The notes below the pieces were generated by a model. It worked only from the letters and a program-made list of their open reading frames with translations, made no database searches and was not told the origin of the DNA. Source: Neorhizobium sp. (lineage in GTDB: Bacteria; Pseudomonadota; Alphaproteobacteria; Rhizobiales; Rhizobiaceae). Taken from it: a DNA stretch of 64,000 nt. The translations under genes and the position numbers were made by a program. Shown in pieces: positions 30,147 through 39,392 of this stretch. Location: contig JBQGDG010000081.1 in NCBI GenBank assembly GCA_052038935.1, positions 24,484 through 88,483 of the forward strand. The letters run 5' to 3'. Position 1 is the first letter of the stretch; each line of letters begins with the position of its first letter.

Positions 30147-30890
30147 ATGTCTGAGGTTCTAAACTTTGGCCATGCGCCAAATTCACCAAGATTTCGTCTG
30201 ATAGCCGGTTCCACGCCTGCGCCAATTCTGCCGAGCGCTGATACGGGTCTCAAGACGCTGGCCATCATCAGCGATCGCGCACTGGATCGCGAATGCCTCG
30301 CCCAGAGTCTCATCACCCACGGCCTGGACATGGACGTCGACCTGTTCTCGTCAGTGGACGACTGGCGCAGGACGGCCGACAAGGTCCATTCGGGAATGCT
30401 CATCAATATCGGCCGGAGTAATGTCGGAGACGAGGCGCTCATCGGCGATCTGAAGGGTCTCGCCTCGGACTTCCCGGGCTTGCCCGTCGTCATTCTCGCG
30501 GAGAGCCGCGATGTACGGCAAATGCTGCGCGCCTTCGAAGTTGGCGTGCAGGGTTACATCTCCTCGGCCATCGGCTTGAACGTGTGTATCGGTGCGATCT
30601 CGTTGGCATTGGCCGGTGGAGCTTTCATCTCCGCAGAGGATCTCAACGATCTGCGTCAGTTTCTGTCCGTGGCGGAGGTCAGGGAGCGCAGCAGGGCAGC
30701 GATGTTCACCCAACGCGAGGTGGATGTGATCAATGCTCTCACCAAAGGCAAGCCGAACAAGATCATTGCCTATGAGCTCAACCTGCGTGAGAGCACGGTC
30801 AAGGTCCATATTCGGAATATCATGAAGAAGCTGAATGCCAGGAATCGCACGGAAGTAATATTCAAGATGTCTGGCCTCTTCAATCAGTAG
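30147..30890 (+). CDS. LuxR/NarL-type regulator with an atypical (pseudo-)receiver domain
   Basis: HTH FTQRE..GKPNKIIAYELNLRESTVKVHIRNIMKKL; receiver beta3 strand GMLINIG has Asn where Asp is expected. Confidence 0.9.
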   Translation: MSEVLNFGHAPNSPRFRLIAGSTPAPILPSADTGLKTLAIISDRALDRECLAQSLITHGLDMDVDLFSSVDDWRRTADKVHSGMLINIGRSNVGDEALIGDLKGLASDFPGLPVVILAESRDVRQMLRAFEVGVQGYISSAIGLNVCIGAISLALAGGAFISAEDLNDLRQFLSVAEVRERSRAAMFTQREVDVINALTKGKPNKIIAYELNLRESTVKVHIRNIMKKLNARNRTEVIFKMSGLFNQ

Positions 30891-30935
30891 AGCGCGCCGG
30901 ACGGCAGGGTCGTCCGTACCCATCCGACGGATAGG

Positions 30936-30955
30936 GCGGCTTTTGAAAGAGCCGC
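30936..30955 (+). terminator. Possible terminator-like hairpin after the LuxR gene
   Basis: GCGGCTTT-TGAA-AGAGCCGC followed by only a weak U-tract. Confidence 0.35.
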
Positions 30956-31086
30956 TTGCTTGCCGCCCTGCCTTCTCGTCGCGAGTACCTCCTTTTGTCG
31001 ATGCAATGTATCCGAGGTCGGAATGAAAGCATGCCGTGCCCATGCGCTAGCATCCATTGCCTCTAGTGGTCGCGAGGGACGTCGCC

Positions 31087-32568
31087 ATGGATGATTTCAT
31101 CCGGAATTTCGAAAATTCCGATCGTTTACGGAAACATGCCGGCCAGATCATTCCTGGCGGTGCTCATACCTATGCGAAGGGAGACGATCAGTATCCGCTT
31201 CTTTCTCCGGGGTTCATCGCCAGCGGATATGGCTGCCACGTATGGGATGTGGACGGCAACGAATACATTGAATACGGCATGGGCAACCGTGCGGTGGGTC
31301 TCGGCCATGCCTATGCTCACGTTGTCGCCGCGGCCAGGGCTGAACTGGATCGCGGCTGCAATTTTACCCGACCCTCGAAGATCGAAGTCGATTGTGCGGC
31401 GACGTTTCTCGAAACAGTCCCGACCGCCGATATGGTCAAGTTCTGCAAGAACGGTTCGGACGCCACTTCGGCTGCCATAAGGCTCTCCAGGGCTGTCACC
31501 GGCCGGGATCTCATCGCACGATGCAGCGATCACCCGTTTTTCTCTACCGATGACTGGTTCATCGGCACGACACCCATGAATCCCGGCATCCCGAAGGCCA
31601 TCCAGGATCTGACGGTCGGGTTTGCCTATAACGACATCGAGAGCGCCAGAGCGCTCCTTGCCCGCCATCCCGGTCGGATTGCCGCCTTTATCCTCGAGGC
31701 TTCTCGCGGCGACGAGCCGAAGAACAATTTCCTCCACGAATTGCGCGACCTGTGTCACGCGAACGGAGCCTTGTTCATCCTGGACGAGATGATCACCGGA
31801 TTCCGATGGCATAGCGGCGGAGCGCAGGCGGCTTTCGACATCGTTCCGGACCTGTCCTGCTTCGGTAAGGCGTTGGGCAACGGCTTCTCGATCTCGGCAC
31901 TCGCGGGCAAGCGGGAGTTCATGGAGCGCGGAGGCCTCACACAGACGGTTTCACCGCGGGTTTTCCTGCTGTCCACCACCCATGGCGCCGAAACGCATGC
32001 GATGGCCGCTGCCATCGCCACGATGCACGTCTATCGGCACGAGCCGGTGATCGCACATCTCGTCCGCCAGGGGAACGCGTTGCGGGAGGGCGTGGAACGG
32101 ATCGCCAGGGTTCACGGCGTAGAACATCACTTCCGGGCTCATGGCCACCCCGCATGCCTCACCTACGTCACGCTCGACGAGGATGGGAGGTCGTCGCAAG
32201 CCCATCGCACTCTCTTCCTGCAGGAGACCATCCGCCGTGGTCTTCTCGCACCGTCGCTGGTGGTAAGCTACACCCATGAAGACGTGGATATAGCGCGGAC
32301 GCTGGATGCCATCGACGGCGCCCTGGCAATCTATCGGAAGGCGCTCGAAAACGGGGTCGACAAGTATCTGGTCGGCAGACCCAGTGATGTCGTCTTCCGG
32401 CCGTTCAATCACGCGACGCCTCCGGTGGCGCATATTCCGTCAATACACCACGCCGCCCAGCCGACATCATCCGGAAGTATTAGTGGTGGCGGCGAGCTAG
32501 ATAATTTGCATGCCGGTTTGAACTACTTTGCGCAATCCATCCCGGATCGGCGAGACGATAGGCTCTGA
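31087..32568 (+). CDS. Class III PLP aminotransferase, glutamate-1-semialdehyde aminomutase-like (polysaccharide-cluster type)
   Basis: [38 protein letters not shown] lysine in FGKALGNG. Confidence 0.88.
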   Translation: MDDFIRNFENSDRLRKHAGQIIPGGAHTYAKGDDQYPLLSPGFIASGYGCHVWDVDGNEYIEYGMGNRAVGLGHAYAHVVAAARAELDRGCNFTRPSKIEVDCAATFLETVPTADMVKFCKNGSDATSAAIRLSRAVTGRDLIARCSDHPFFSTDDWFIGTTPMNPGIPKAIQDLTVGFAYNDIESARALLARHPGRIAAFILEASRGDEPKNNFLHELRDLCHANGALFILDEMITGFRWHSGGAQAAFDIVPDLSCFGKALGNGFSISALAGKREFMERGGLTQTVSPRVFLLSTTHGAETHAMAAAIATMHVYRHEPVIAHLVRQGNALREGVERIARVHGVEHHFRAHGHPACLTYVTLDEDGRSSQAHRTLFLQETIRRGLLAPSLVVSYTHEDVDIARTLDAIDGALAIYRKALENGVDKYLVGRPSDVVFRPFNHATPPVAHIPSIHHAAQPTSSGSISGGGELDNLHAGLNYFAQSIPDRRDDRL

Positions 32569-32597
32569 TAGCGACAGACGACCAGGGGGACATCGCT

Positions 32598-33671
32598 ATG
32601 AAAGTGCTTATCACCGGCCATCGAGGATATATTGGCTCCGTTATGGCTCCGATGGTGGCCCGGGCCGGCCACGAGGTCTATGGGCTGGACAGCGAGTTCT
32701 ATCATCGGTGTGCCTACCTCCCGGGCGGCAGGCTGCCGCACGTCCCCGCAGTGTGCAAGGACGTGCGCGATGTCACTCAGGCTGACTTCGAGGGCTTCGA
32801 CGCGGTCATTCATCTCGCGGCGTTATCGAATGACCCGCTAAGCAACCTCAACCCGGAGACGACGTACGAGATCAACTACAGGGGCAGCGTCAAGGCTGCG
32901 GCCGCCGCCAAGAAGGCTGGCGTGAGAAGGTTTCTGTTTGCTTCTTCCTGCAGCAATTACGGTGCGGCTGGCGAGGGTCTCGTCAACGAAACGGCGCCAT
33001 TGAAGCCTGTTTCCGCATATGGCGCGTCGAAGGTGCTGGCCGAACAAGAGATCGCGAGCCTCGCCGACGCGAATTTCTGCCCAGTCTATATGCGGCCGGC
33101 CACCGCCTATGGCCTCTCGCCGATGCTGCGCTTCGACATCGTGCTCAACAACCTGACGGCCTGGGCCGTCACCGAGGGGCTGATCCTGCTGAAGTCGGAT
33201 GGCACGCCGTGGCGCCCTATCGTTCATATCGAGGACATATCGCGCGCTTTCCTGGCCGCACTCGAAGCACCGACGGATGTCGTTCACAATCAGGCATTTA
33301 ATGTCGGGCAGGATGCCCACAACTACCAGATCAGGGAGATCGCCGAAATCGTCGCCCTGACGGTACCCGGCTGCCGTCTTCAGTATGCGAGCGACGCGGG
33401 TCCTGATACCCGTTCCTACCGTGTCGATTTCGGCAAGATCGCCCGCGCCCTGCCGGCATTCAAGCCGACATGGACCGCGGCAGCAGGTGCCGAACAGCTC
33501 TATCGCGCCTATGTGGGTCACGGCTTGACGCTCAGCGAGTTCGAAGGACCGCGTTATCAGCGGATCAGTCAGATCCGTAAGCTCATCGGGGATCACGAAG
33601 TAGACGAGAACCTTCGACGCCCCTCGCCGACGGTGGTACGCGACGCCGTCCAGACGCCGGCAACGAATTGA
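32598..33671 (+). CDS. NAD-dependent nucleotide-sugar epimerase/oxidoreductase (extended SDR)
   Basis: [31 protein letters not shown]. Confidence 0.92.
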   Translation: MKVLITGHRGYIGSVMAPMVARAGHEVYGLDSEFYHRCAYLPGGRLPHVPAVCKDVRDVTQADFEGFDAVIHLAALSNDPLSNLNPETTYEINYRGSVKAAAAAKKAGVRRFLFASSCSNYGAAGEGLVNETAPLKPVSAYGASKVLAEQEIASLADANFCPVYMRPATAYGLSPMLRFDIVLNNLTAWAVTEGLILLKSDGTPWRPIVHIEDISRAFLAALEAPTDVVHNQAFNVGQDAHNYQIREIAEIVALTVPGCRLQYASDAGPDTRSYRVDFGKIARALPAFKPTWTAAAGAEQLYRAYVGHGLTLSEFEGPRYQRISQIRKLIGDHEVDENLRRPSPTVVRDAVQTPATN

Positions 33672-33684
33672 ACGCGAGCCGGTC

Positions 33685-35025
33685 ATGGATGCTTCAGCAG
33701 AGGCCCGGGATTGCCGAAACATGTCGGACGAACCGGACATCGCCCGGAAGATATACGAACTTGCGCGCCAGATATTCCCGCTTTGCCGCAGCATTACCGG
33801 CAAGGGGGTACGCGACACGATTGATATCCTGCAACGATATATCGACATCGAACGGCGTGACGTCCCCAGCGGGACGCGCGTCTTCGATTGGACGATCCCC
33901 GATGAATGGATCGTTCGCGACGCCTATGTGAAGGATGCGGCGGGGCGAAAGGTTATCGATTTTCAGGCATCGAACCTGCACCTTTTGAACTACAGCACGC
34001 CGATACGTCGCGTCATGCCGATGAGCGAGCTGAAGGACCATATCTTCACCCTGCCATCGCAACCGGATCTGATACCCTACAAGACTGCCTATTATACGGA
34101 TGCCTGGGGCTTCTGCATGTCCCACGAAAAGTTCCTGCAGCTCGGGGAAGGCGACTATGAGGTCGTCATCGATACGGAGAAATCGCCGGGCAATCTCTCC
34201 TATGGCGAATATCTCCACCGGGGGCAGAGCGGGCGTGAAGTGCTGCTCTACGCCCATATCTGTCATCCGTCGCTCGCAAACGACAACTGCTCCGGCGTGG
34301 CCTTGCTGACATGCCTCGCCGCCGCGATGGCGCGGACCAGCACCTACTACAGCTACCGCTTCATATTTGCACCCGGCACGATCGGCTCCCTGACATGGCT
34401 GGCCCGTAACGAGCATCGCCTTTCGGATGTGGCGCATGGCCTTGTCGTATCCTGCGTCGGTGATGGCGGCGGCCCGAACTACAAGAGAAGTCGTCGGGGT
34501 AATGCTCAGATGGATCGTATCGCCGCCTGCATTCGATGCGGCGATGAGAAAAAACCGGTCTCGATCTCAGATTTCATTCCGTATGGCTATGATGAGCGGC
34601 AATTCTGTTCGCCGGGATTCAACCTTCCCGTCGGACTTCTGCAGAGAAGTTCTTTTGGGACGTTTCAGGAATACCATACATCTGCAGATAACCTTGAATT
34701 TATCAAATCTGAACACTTGGGTTCTTCATATCGTCTGGTGCTGGACATTGTCGAGGCGCTGGAAGGAAACTGGAAACCGCTGAATCTTTTTCCAAAGGGC
34801 GAACCGCAGCTCGGCAGGTATGGTCTCTTTTCTTCCCTCGGGGGGCACAAGACGAACAGCGAGCGCACCATGGCCTATCTATGGACGTTGAACCTGGCCG
34901 ACGGGGAAAACTCGCTGCTGGATATCGCGGAAAGGGCAAAGATGCCGTTTGCCGAGATTGCGGCTGCCGCAGCGGCATTGCAGAAGGCGGGGCTCGTTTC
35001 AAACCTGGGTTTCGTAAGAGACTGA
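33685..35025 (+). CDS. DUF4910/DUF2172 zinc peptidase-like protein with a C-terminal winged helix
   Basis: CRSITGKG, FDWTIPDEW, PYKTAYY, HICHPSLANDNCSG, YDERQFCSPG, EYHTSADN, GEPQLGR. Confidence 0.88.
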   Translation: MDASAEARDCRNMSDEPDIARKIYELARQIFPLCRSITGKGVRDTIDILQRYIDIERRDVPSGTRVFDWTIPDEWIVRDAYVKDAAGRKVIDFQASNLHLLNYSTPIRRVMPMSELKDHIFTLPSQPDLIPYKTAYYTDAWGFCMSHEKFLQLGEGDYEVVIDTEKSPGNLSYGEYLHRGQSGREVLLYAHICHPSLANDNCSGVALLTCLAAAMARTSTYYSYRFIFAPGTIGSLTWLARNEHRLSDVAHGLVVSCVGDGGGPNYKRSRRGNAQMDRIAACIRCGDEKKPVSISDFIPYGYDERQFCSPGFNLPVGLLQRSSFGTFQEYHTSADNLEFIKSEHLGSSYRLVLDIVEALEGNWKPLNLFPKGEPQLGRYGLFSSLGGHKTNSERTMAYLWTLNLADGENSLLDIAERAKMPFAEIAAAAAALQKAGLVSNLGFVRD

Positions 35026-35559
35026 CCGCACGATATCGAGGGGAGTCCATTCGAGATCCCGCGGCGAAATGACGGAAGGAGCGGCCGGCCAGCTGATGCC
35101 GATTGCGGGCTCGTCGTAACGAATGCCGCAAGAACTGCCGGCGACGTAAGGCACGGAAATCAGGTAGGAAACGGCAACGTCGTCGGTAAGCGACTGGAAA
35201 CCGTGGGCGAAACCTGCCGGTATGTAGAACTGCCGACCGTTTTCAGCCGAAAGTATCCTGCCCTGCCAGGCTAGATAGGTAGCCGAACCCGGCCGAAGGT
35301 CTACGGCGACATCCCAAATCGTGCCCTTGACGCAGGAGACGAGCTTCACTTCCTGATGCGGGGCGTTCTGGAAATGAAGACCCCGGATGGTGTGTTTGAA
35401 TTTCGATTGAGACAGGCTGTGCTGGCTGAAGCCGGTACATAGCCCTTCCTCGCCGAACTCCCGAACGCAGAAGGTGCGGGCAAACGAGCCCCGCAAATCC
35501 TCAACCCGCTCGGGTTCGATGACAACGAGCCCCTCGATATGCGTTCGATTGAATTTCAT
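34999..35559 (-). CDS. rfbC: NDP-4-keto-sugar 3,5-epimerase (RmlC/RfbC cupin)
   Basis: DLRGSF, RGLHFQ, KLVSC..GTIWDVAVDLR, GFAHGF; GGGAG RBS before ATG 35559. Confidence 0.92.
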   Translation of the reverse strand: MKFNRTHIEGLVVIEPERVEDLRGSFARTFCVREFGEEGLCTGFSQHSLSQSKFKHTIRGLHFQNAPHQEVKLVSCVKGTIWDVAVDLRPGSATYLAWQGRILSAENGRQFYIPAGFAHGFQSLTDDVAVSYLISVPYVAGSSCGIRYDEPAIGISWPAAPSVISPRDLEWTPLDIVRSVSYETQV

Positions 35560-35851
35560 GGCTGCTCCCGCGCGATCCTCTGTCGAGACGGCGAGTTTGG
35601 GCCTCTTTGCCGGGATCGGGAGCTTCGCTCTATGGCCAGCAATCTTCGGTCTTCGGCTATGTCGTCCACCCCCTCGGCACTTTCGGCCAGTCGGGGGTTC
35701 GAAAGACATGCTTCGCTTGCGAGAATACCACCCAGAATACGGCTTTCGGATGAAGTCTAAACGCGGAAGGAGGGATCGAATATCAGTCAATTTTATAATA
35801 AAGTCATGTTTAATCACAACTGAGCGATGCATCGCCGACCAGGGGGAAGTG

Positions 35852-37144
35852 ATGAATACTGAAACCGATTTATCGTTGATGGTCGGTGCTGCGCGCAATA
35901 TCGGCTTGTGCAGGCTGTGCAGCGCGCCGCTCCACCATACCTTCGTCGATCTCGGCATGTCTCCGCCATGTGAAAGTTTCATACCCGCTGCAGAAGTGAA
36001 TGCCCAGGAGTCGTACTACCCGCTGCATGCCTTCGTCTGCAGCGAGTGTTTTCTGGTCCAGCTGCAGGAATACGTCTCCCCCGAGAATATTTTCGAGGAA
36101 TATGCCTATTTTTCCTCCTATTCCGACAGTTGGGTAGAGCATGCCAGGCGCTATTGCGACATGGCGATCGATCGGTTCGGCCTCGGGCCGAAAAGCCTCG
36201 TCGTCGAGCTCGCCAGCAATGACGGCTACCTGCTGCAGCATCTCGTGGCGAAGGACATCCCCGTTCTCGGGATCGAGCCTGCGCTCAATGTCGCGAAGGT
36301 CGCGATCGACAAGGGCATCCCAACCTTCACCGATTTCTTCACCAGGAATCTGGCCTCCCGCATGGCCAGCGACGATACGCAGGCGGATCTCATCGTCGGC
36401 AACAATGTGCTTGCCCAGGTCCCCAATCTCAACGATTTCGTCGCCGGCATGAAACTGCTGCTCAAGCCTTCAGGCGTCATCACGCTCGAGTTTCCGCATA
36501 TCATGAAGCTCATCGAGGAAAGCCAGTTCGATACGATCTACCACGAGCACTTCTCCTATTTCTCTCTTCTTACGATAGAGAAGATGGCCGAACGCCATGG
36601 CCTGATGGTCTTCGATGTAGAGGAACTCCCGACCCATGGTGGGTCCTTGCGGGTTTACCTCGCCCATGAAGACGGTCCGGAACCTCGACAAGCCCGGGTC
36701 GACGCCCTGTTGCAGCGAGAGCGGGAGGTTGGCCTCGACAGGATAGAGACATATACCGCCTTCGCCGACGCTGCTCGCAGGACGAAGCGTAACCTGCTCT
36801 CGTTCCTTATCCGCCTGAAGGAAATGCGCAAATCGATCTGTGCCTATGGAGCGCCCGGCAAGGGAAATACCCTGTTGAATTATTGCGGTATTGGAACCGA
36901 TTTCATCGAATTCGCGGTGGATCGTAATCCCTACAAGCACGGGCGCGTCACGCCCGGCATGCATATCCCGATCCGGCCGGTCGAGGAGATCGAGCGCGCC
37001 AAGCCGGACTACGTTCTCATCCTGCCGTGGAACCTCAAGGACGAGATCGTATCGCAGATGAAGGGTATCGGCGACTGGGGCGGAAAATTCGTCGTGCCGA
37101 TCCCGGATGTCGCCGTCATCGATCCGAAGGAGGCAGCGTTATGA
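35852..37144 (+). CDS. SAM-dependent NDP-hexose C-methyltransferase (zinc-binding, TylC3/NovU-like)
   Basis: CRLC..CSEC zinc site, YAYFSS, ELASNDG, DTIYHEH, HGGSLR, YGAPGKG, LPWN. Confidence 0.92.
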   Translation: MNTETDLSLMVGAARNIGLCRLCSAPLHHTFVDLGMSPPCESFIPAAEVNAQESYYPLHAFVCSECFLVQLQEYVSPENIFEEYAYFSSYSDSWVEHARRYCDMAIDRFGLGPKSLVVELASNDGYLLQHLVAKDIPVLGIEPALNVAKVAIDKGIPTFTDFFTRNLASRMASDDTQADLIVGNNVLAQVPNLNDFVAGMKLLLKPSGVITLEFPHIMKLIEESQFDTIYHEHFSYFSLLTIEKMAERHGLMVFDVEELPTHGGSLRVYLAHEDGPEPRQARVDALLQREREVGLDRIETYTAFADAARRTKRNLLSFLIRLKEMRKSICAYGAPGKGNTLLNYCGIGTDFIEFAVDRNPYKHGRVTPGMHIPIRPVEEIERAKPDYVLILPWNLKDEIVSQMKGIGDWGGKFVVPIPDVAVIDPKEAAL

Positions 37145-37953
37145 AAGTCGTGCTGTTCTGCGGCGGCAAGGGCACGCGCCTCAGGGAGTATTCCGAGGCG
37201 ATCCCGAAGCCTCTGATTCCGCTCGGTGGCCAGCCGATCATGCGCCACCTGATGCAGTATTACGCGAACTACGGGCACGACGATTTTGTTCTGTGCCTCG
37301 GCTACAAGTCGAACGTGATCAAGGAATTCTTCCTCAACAGCAGGCCGGAGAGCTACGGCGACTGCGTCGTCACGGGTTCGGGACGGGTCGAGATGCTGGG
37401 GGATCTTGCGAAGGATTGGCGCGTCTCCCTGATCGATACCGGCATCTGGCGGAATATCGGCGAGCGTCTGTGGGCCGTCCGCGATCATGTCAGAGGCGAG
37501 AAGATGTTTCTTGCCAACTACAGCGACGGCCTGACCGATGTCGATCTCGACGACATGGTCGCTCGCTTCGAGAACAGCGACAAACTGGCGTGCTTCCTCG
37601 CCGTCAGGCCGCCGCTGACATACCATCTCGCCGATATCGCCGACGACGGCCGTGTCCGCGAATTCCGCTCTTCCGAAACTTCGGAAATGAGGATCAACGG
37701 CGGGTTTTTCCTCATGCGGCCGGAAATTTTCGACTACATGCACGAGGGTGAAGAACTCGTCCTGGAGCCGTTCTCGAGGCTCATCGCCGAAGACAAGCTG
37801 ATGGCCTACAAGTATGACGGCTTTTGGCGATCGATGGACACGTTGCGCGACTGGCAGACCCTGGAGGCCATGGTCGAACGCGGCGACATGCCGTGGATCA
37901 CCCGGCCCGCATCGATGAGGCAGGCGGCTTACGCATCGGTGCATCTGTCATGA
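37141..37953 (+). CDS. rfbF: Glucose-1-phosphate cytidylyltransferase
   Basis: LFCGGKGTRL, PKP, CLGYK, DTG, YSDG, INGGF, GFWRSMDTLRD. Confidence 0.92.
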   Translation: MKVVLFCGGKGTRLREYSEAIPKPLIPLGGQPIMRHLMQYYANYGHDDFVLCLGYKSNVIKEFFLNSRPESYGDCVVTGSGRVEMLGDLAKDWRVSLIDTGIWRNIGERLWAVRDHVRGEKMFLANYSDGLTDVDLDDMVARFENSDKLACFLAVRPPLTYHLADIADDGRVREFRSSETSEMRINGGFFLMRPEIFDYMHEGEELVLEPFSRLIAEDKLMAYKYDGFWRSMDTLRDWQTLEAMVERGDMPWITRPASMRQAAYASVHLS

Positions 37954-38603
37954 AAAAGGTATCTCTGGCTGCTTCCGGCGAACGCCTTTCCGTTCTTTGC
38001 CTCGGCGCCCATTCCGACGACATTGAAATCGGGGCGGGTGGCACCATTCTCAGTCTTCTCGAGGAGGGCGTTCTCCTGGACGTGACCTGGTGCGTGCTGA
38101 GCGCGGGCAACGAACGTGCCGCCGAAGCTCGCAGTTCGGCCGAAGCCTTCCTGAGCAAAGCCGCCTCGTATTCGATCGAACTCGGGCCGTTCGAGGACAG
38201 TTATTTTCCGAGCCAAAGCCGTGAGATCAAATCATGGTTGCTGGCTTTGCGCGACAAGGTCGATCCTGATCTCATCTTCACGCACAGTCGCGAAGACGCG
38301 CATCAGGATCACCGCGAAATCAGCCAGTTGACGAGCAACGTCTTCAGGAACCACCTGGTGATGGAATACGAGATCCCGAAGTGGGATGGCGATCTGCGCC
38401 TACGCAATACCTACGTGCCGCTCAGCGAGACAGCGCTCGAGACGAAGGTGAAGCTTCTTCTCAGTCACTTCGGCACTCAGAGGTCCAAGGACTGGTTCGA
38501 CGCGGAAACGTTTCGGGCGCTGGCTCGCCTGAGGGGAATGGAATGCCGCGCGCCGGCGCGGTTCGCTGAAGCCTTTACGGTGAGGAAACTTTTGCTCGCC
38601 TGA
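37950..38603 (+). CDS. PIG-L family deacetylase
   Basis: GAHSDDIEIGAGG and DAHQDH metal motifs; ATGA overlap with rfbF. Confidence 0.9.
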   Translation: MKKVSLAASGERLSVLCLGAHSDDIEIGAGGTILSLLEEGVLLDVTWCVLSAGNERAAEARSSAEAFLSKAASYSIELGPFEDSYFPSQSREIKSWLLALRDKVDPDLIFTHSREDAHQDHREISQLTSNVFRNHLVMEYEIPKWDGDLRLRNTYVPLSETALETKVKLLLSHFGTQRSKDWFDAETFRALARLRGMECRAPARFAEAFTVRKLLLA

Positions 38604-38672
38604 TCCAAGCAATCTGGGGAAGTCGATCTCTCTGACGTTTTGAGTTGGTCGTGTCGTTGAGGAGTGGAGCGG

Positions 38673-39371
38673 ATGCCTGATGATGCAAGTCTTTATCCTT
38701 TAGACGAAGCCGGCCCCACGTATCACGCCGACGGCGGCTACGTAGCCCTGGTGGATCGTCGAACCCTGGAGCGGGAATGTCTCGCTCACGGACTGAATTT
38801 CCACAATATCAAACGCCGCATCCTGACCTTTTCGCATCTTAAGGAGTTGCAGGAGGCAAGAGGCACCATCGGAATGCCGGCGGCTGTTCTCTTCAATGCC
38901 GGAAACACCTCCAAGACTGAGCTGACGCGCGAGATCGGCGAGCTCGTCGAAACTGTCTCCCCCGTTCCGGTGGTCGTTCTGTCGGACGATCAGGACATCA
39001 ATACAGTTCTGGACATTATCGCGCTCGGCGTTCGAGGCTATATTCCGAGCTCCGTCAGCATCGATATCTGCATCCATGCGATCAGCCTGGCGATCGCCGG
39101 CGGCCGGTTCATCCCGGCAAGCAGCATCCTGTGCATGCGGGAACTTCTCGGACTGCCGCAGAAGCCCCGGCGCCCACTCAAGTTCACGAGCCGCCAGTCC
39201 GCCATCGCAGAAGCGCTGCGCTGCGGCAAAGCAAACAAGGACATCGCTTCGGAGCTCAGCCTCTGCGAAAGCACAATCAAGGTTCATGTCCGCAACATCA
39301 TGCGCAAGCTCGGCGCTACGAACCGCACGGAAGTGGCCTGCAAGATCGGCGACATGTTGTGTGAAGGTTAA
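38673..39371 (+). CDS. Second LuxR/NarL-type regulator with an atypical receiver
   Basis: HTH FTSRQ..GKANKDIASELSLCESTIKVHVRNIMRKL; AVLFNAG has Asn where Asp is expected. Confidence 0.9.
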   Translation: MPDDASLYPLDEAGPTYHADGGYVALVDRRTLERECLAHGLNFHNIKRRILTFSHLKELQEARGTIGMPAAVLFNAGNTSKTELTREIGELVETVSPVPVVVLSDDQDINTVLDIIALGVRGYIPSSVSIDICIHAISLAIAGGRFIPASSILCMRELLGLPQKPRRPLKFTSRQSAIAEALRCGKANKDIASELSLCESTIKVHVRNIMRKLGATNRTEVACKIGDMLCEG

Positions 39372-39392
39372 TCCGCGTTCCGCGGACTGCTC

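Noticed and set aside
31087-32568. Calling this gene hemL (tetrapyrrole synthesis); also its ~50-aa low-complexity C-terminal tail
   Set aside because: Alphaproteobacteria generally make ALA via ALA synthase and the context is sugar synthesis. The tail looks like an unstructured extension with no supportable function.
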